A stretch of DNA of 64,000 bases, taken from the NCBI RefSeq assembly GCF_009914755.1, contig NC_060931.1. One strand, written 5' to 3'. Below, piece after piece: positions 60,481 to 64,000 of this stretch. Every line of letters begins with the position of its first letter. Position 1 is the stretch's first letter. The DNA is from the human T2T-CHM13v2.0 reference genome, Homo sapiens. The translations under genes and the position numbers were made by a program. Under the pieces are notes generated by a model, which saw only the letters and a list, made by a program, of their open reading frames with translations, was not told where the DNA came from and did no database searches.

Positions 60481-62199
60481 ACAGAGAATCGAGACAAGTG
60501 AGCTTTTCAGGCTTAAAAATTGCTTCTAGGTCTAGATTGAGATCTTTGCCTTGGTCACTCACACGTGGAACAAAGTGGAAACAAATCGACCTGAATGCTC
60601 TTAAGTCTCTTAGGGCATTGAATTGCCAAATAAACCACAGTCCTCATCTGAAAAATCTTGTAACTGCCAATCCCCCAAGGGAACCCCAACTTCTCCAAAA
60701 GCCCCACCAACAGGAAAGGGGCTGTGAACATTGTGCAGGTCATGGGAAGGGCACTCCTCCTATGCCCACTTCAGATACAGCCTGGAGGATAATGGATGAG
60801 GAAGAGGCTAAACAAACTGTAGGAGGAGAAACAACCAACTGCAATTGCAAAAAAAAATACATCTCAGGATCGCAGAAACTGACTATATAAACTCTAAGTG
60901 TTGGCATCCACAAGCCAAAGAGCAAACTGCAAAACTCTGAAAATTGAAAGAAAAAGACTTGGGTTCCTGGTCCAGTTCCTAATGGGTAACCAAGCATGTC
61001 CTTCAGCCTTGCAAAAGGTCAGTCATGGAAGTTCTTAGGAGAGGTATATTTTGAGCCAGACATTCAACAAACACGTCAGTTGAACAAAATAAGTTCTTCC
61101 TTATGCAGTCATCAACAGTAACAGACACAGAAGAATCTGAGCTGAGAATGCAACAGAAGCCCCAGTGTACATACATCACCAATAAACCTGTTTCCTGCAG
61201 AGGCTTTAATAACCAAGCAGATAGGAGATCTCTCTCCTGTTTCCAAGCAGTGGATCTCATCAATAATCCAGACAGGAGATAATATGCCAAGACCTGCTGT
61301 GCCCTCCCAGCCAAGCGTGACCTCACAGGTTCCTTGTTATCAGGCTCCAAGTTCACACCTAGAAAATAATGGAAATATACCCTCAGCTGCACAGCCCTTT
61401 TCTGATTCATTTGTAAGCTACACTAATAATCCCATGATGCAAACACAGAAGAAAAAAAGTCATTCGGGAACCGTCAGAAAGGTTATTTTTGTAAGACATG
61501 AGGGAATGATTATAATGATTTATTAAAATCTTACAATGTGAGAAAGTAAGATCGGCAAACAAAATCCAATTAAGGAATTCACCAAATAAAAAGGAATTGA
61601 ACTCCTCCAGCCTGGGGTTGACAAAGAAGCCATTCAGTAAAGAGCTTTATATGCTAAACTTAGCTAGTAAACCTAGTTATTTTCCATGCAGTGCTGTTCT
61701 TAAAGAGCTATTTAACTTCATCCATATCTACGATCTAAAAGACTAAGTATTTTGACTTGTGGGTTTAAAAAAAAAATTAGTTCCAATTTTAAAATGAACT
61801 TGCCTCAGAGACTACATTGTGTAGATTTAAGAGTTGATTAGTACTGGGTTCCTAAGACTAACTGCCCAACACATTTCCCTTGCCCTTCCATTCCAAAGCC
61901 CTCTCCTAACCACACAAGGACCACTAATACCTACCCACAATTTAATTTTCAATTTCTCATCCAGATATATTTATCTGCCTTCTTCTCTCAACCATGTGGG
62001 TTCCATATATTTTGGATGTGTTTGGGGTATATAACTGTTTGGTTATATTTTTTAATATTTCCTTTTTGTATTTGTTTCTTCTCTGGAATTTCTCAGTAAA
62101 CATTCTCCAGGATTTTTTTTTTAATCCTCTCCAAAATAAAGGCATGAAAGCCGCCCCTGACTTTTCAAAGCACCACTGGTGCCCTGGGTACCAACACTA

Positions 62200-62800
62200 T
62201 GTTCTGCTCCACTTAACGCTGCATCCACTTCTTAAACCTGGGTCATCGGGCTTCCCCCACCCCACTTCAGGAAAAATCTCTCCCCAGAGTCAGCAATACC
62301 ATCCCCATGGAGACAGAACCCCTTAGTATTTCTCAGTCCTGCTCTTCAGCCACAGACACTGGTAACCACTTCCTTCTCTTTACCACTCTTTCTTAATCTA
62401 ACTTTTGTGTATGATTCATTCCCAGTTTTCCTACACCCTCTCCTTCCCAGGCTTCTCATCTTCCCATTTCTTAACCGTTGGTGTCAGCTGGGATTCTGTG
62501 TTCAGCCCCTCTTCCTCTCCATGTGATTTCCCTAGAAGTCATCCACTTTCATGCCCCAGCTAGTCCCATACGGTAAGGAGTCCCAACATTCTCTCCCTGT
62601 CAGAGACCATTCTCCTGACCCTCTGGAAGGGAATGGCTCATATTCAAAATGTCTAAAACCGTACCCATTATCTGACCCTCAACACCTGTCCCTCCACCTC
62701 TACTTCCTATTAGAAAAAAAAATTACTCAAGCCAGAACCTGGCAAACAGCTCAATATTGGTTCAGGAAATCTCTCTCTTAACCAATAAAATCTCAATGCC
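62200..62800 (+). mobile_element. L2 fragment
   Basis: GACACTGGTAACCACTTCCTTCTCTT..GGATTCTGTGTTCAGCCCCTCTT..CTCAAGCCAGAACCTGG. Confidence 0.5.
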
Positions 62801-63319
62801 AAGCCGGTTCCCCAAGGCACTGGGCACTTGACATCACTGCTGGCCAAATCTATGTGTTCATGAATTAGAACGTAGCTGAGAAGAACAAGATAACTATATC
62901 CACCTGGCAGAAGTAGATATTTCTCTAAAAAGTAGTTTAAGACATATAGCGAAATTGGAGAATCGTAACACTCTTTCCAACTTTGAGAGAGCTTGTTCCC
63001 CTCTGCACCCTGGGGAAATCAGTCTTCTTAATGTTTTCTCTTTTCACAGCTATTTATGACAGTTTAGAACAAAGCTCAAGTCCTGTATCTCCTGGTTTAA
63101 GTTTCCTTTGTGCAAAAGAACCTTCTTTTTCCAATATCTTGGGCTATACATGCTTATTTGGAAGGAAAGAGATTTGGAAATGGAAATGAATCCACTTTAC
63201 TACCTCCTCCTCAATCAAAACGGAGAAGTCTCAGCAATGATATCTGAAACACCCACACTTATGGAACCAGTGGGGTTCTATGAGCCCCTGGGTGAGCTAT
63301 GGGCTCATTCTGGGACTCA

Positions 63320-63778
<459 letters not shown>

Positions 63779-64000
63779 TCAGTCTGACGTATCAGACTAA
63801 GGAAGAGTGTGATATGTCCTTCCCCAACAGTGCTGGTGCTTTTTTGGGCAAGATCACACTGGGTGTTATCAGGAGATAGATACTCAAACCTAAAGCACCA
63901 TTTGTTTGTAATCATACCATTTTTTTACTTTTCCCATATAGGCGCTTTGGGCTTACTCACAAAGGAACAACTATATTCACAGATGTTAAAAGTATGTATA

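Noticed and set aside
59234-61410. ORFs of 151, 149 and 135 aa in mostly unique sequence
   Set aside because: No recognisable domain or exon structure; lengths are compatible with chance in 64 kb across six frames.

Overview
Primate (very likely human) non-coding DNA dominated by interspersed repeats: 8 Alus, several old L1s, many L2/MIR relics, MaLR/ERV solo LTRs and DNA-transposon relics. I found no recognisable protein-coding exon, RNA gene or CpG island. The only gene-derived feature is a full-length processed pseudogene of ribosomal protein RPL6 (27020-27956, +). It keeps the 5' TOP tract, polyA tail and target-site duplication (TSD), and has one CGA>TGA nonsense change at codon 272. I do not see a new multi-gene system. 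The most unusual items are: (i) a ~230-bp insertion inside an MLT1 LTR made of two inverted copies of nearby downstream DNA (39252-40174); (ii) an Alu tail with (ATTTT)n interrupted by ATTTC units, the motif class behind SCA37/FAME expansions; (iii) several short palindrome or template-switch scars; (iv) a near-intact HERV-E-type LTR2 solo LTR; (v) multi-level TE nesting. Repeat subfamily names come from remembered consensus sequences. Boundaries of ancient elements are approximate and need RepeatMasker/Dfam confirmation.
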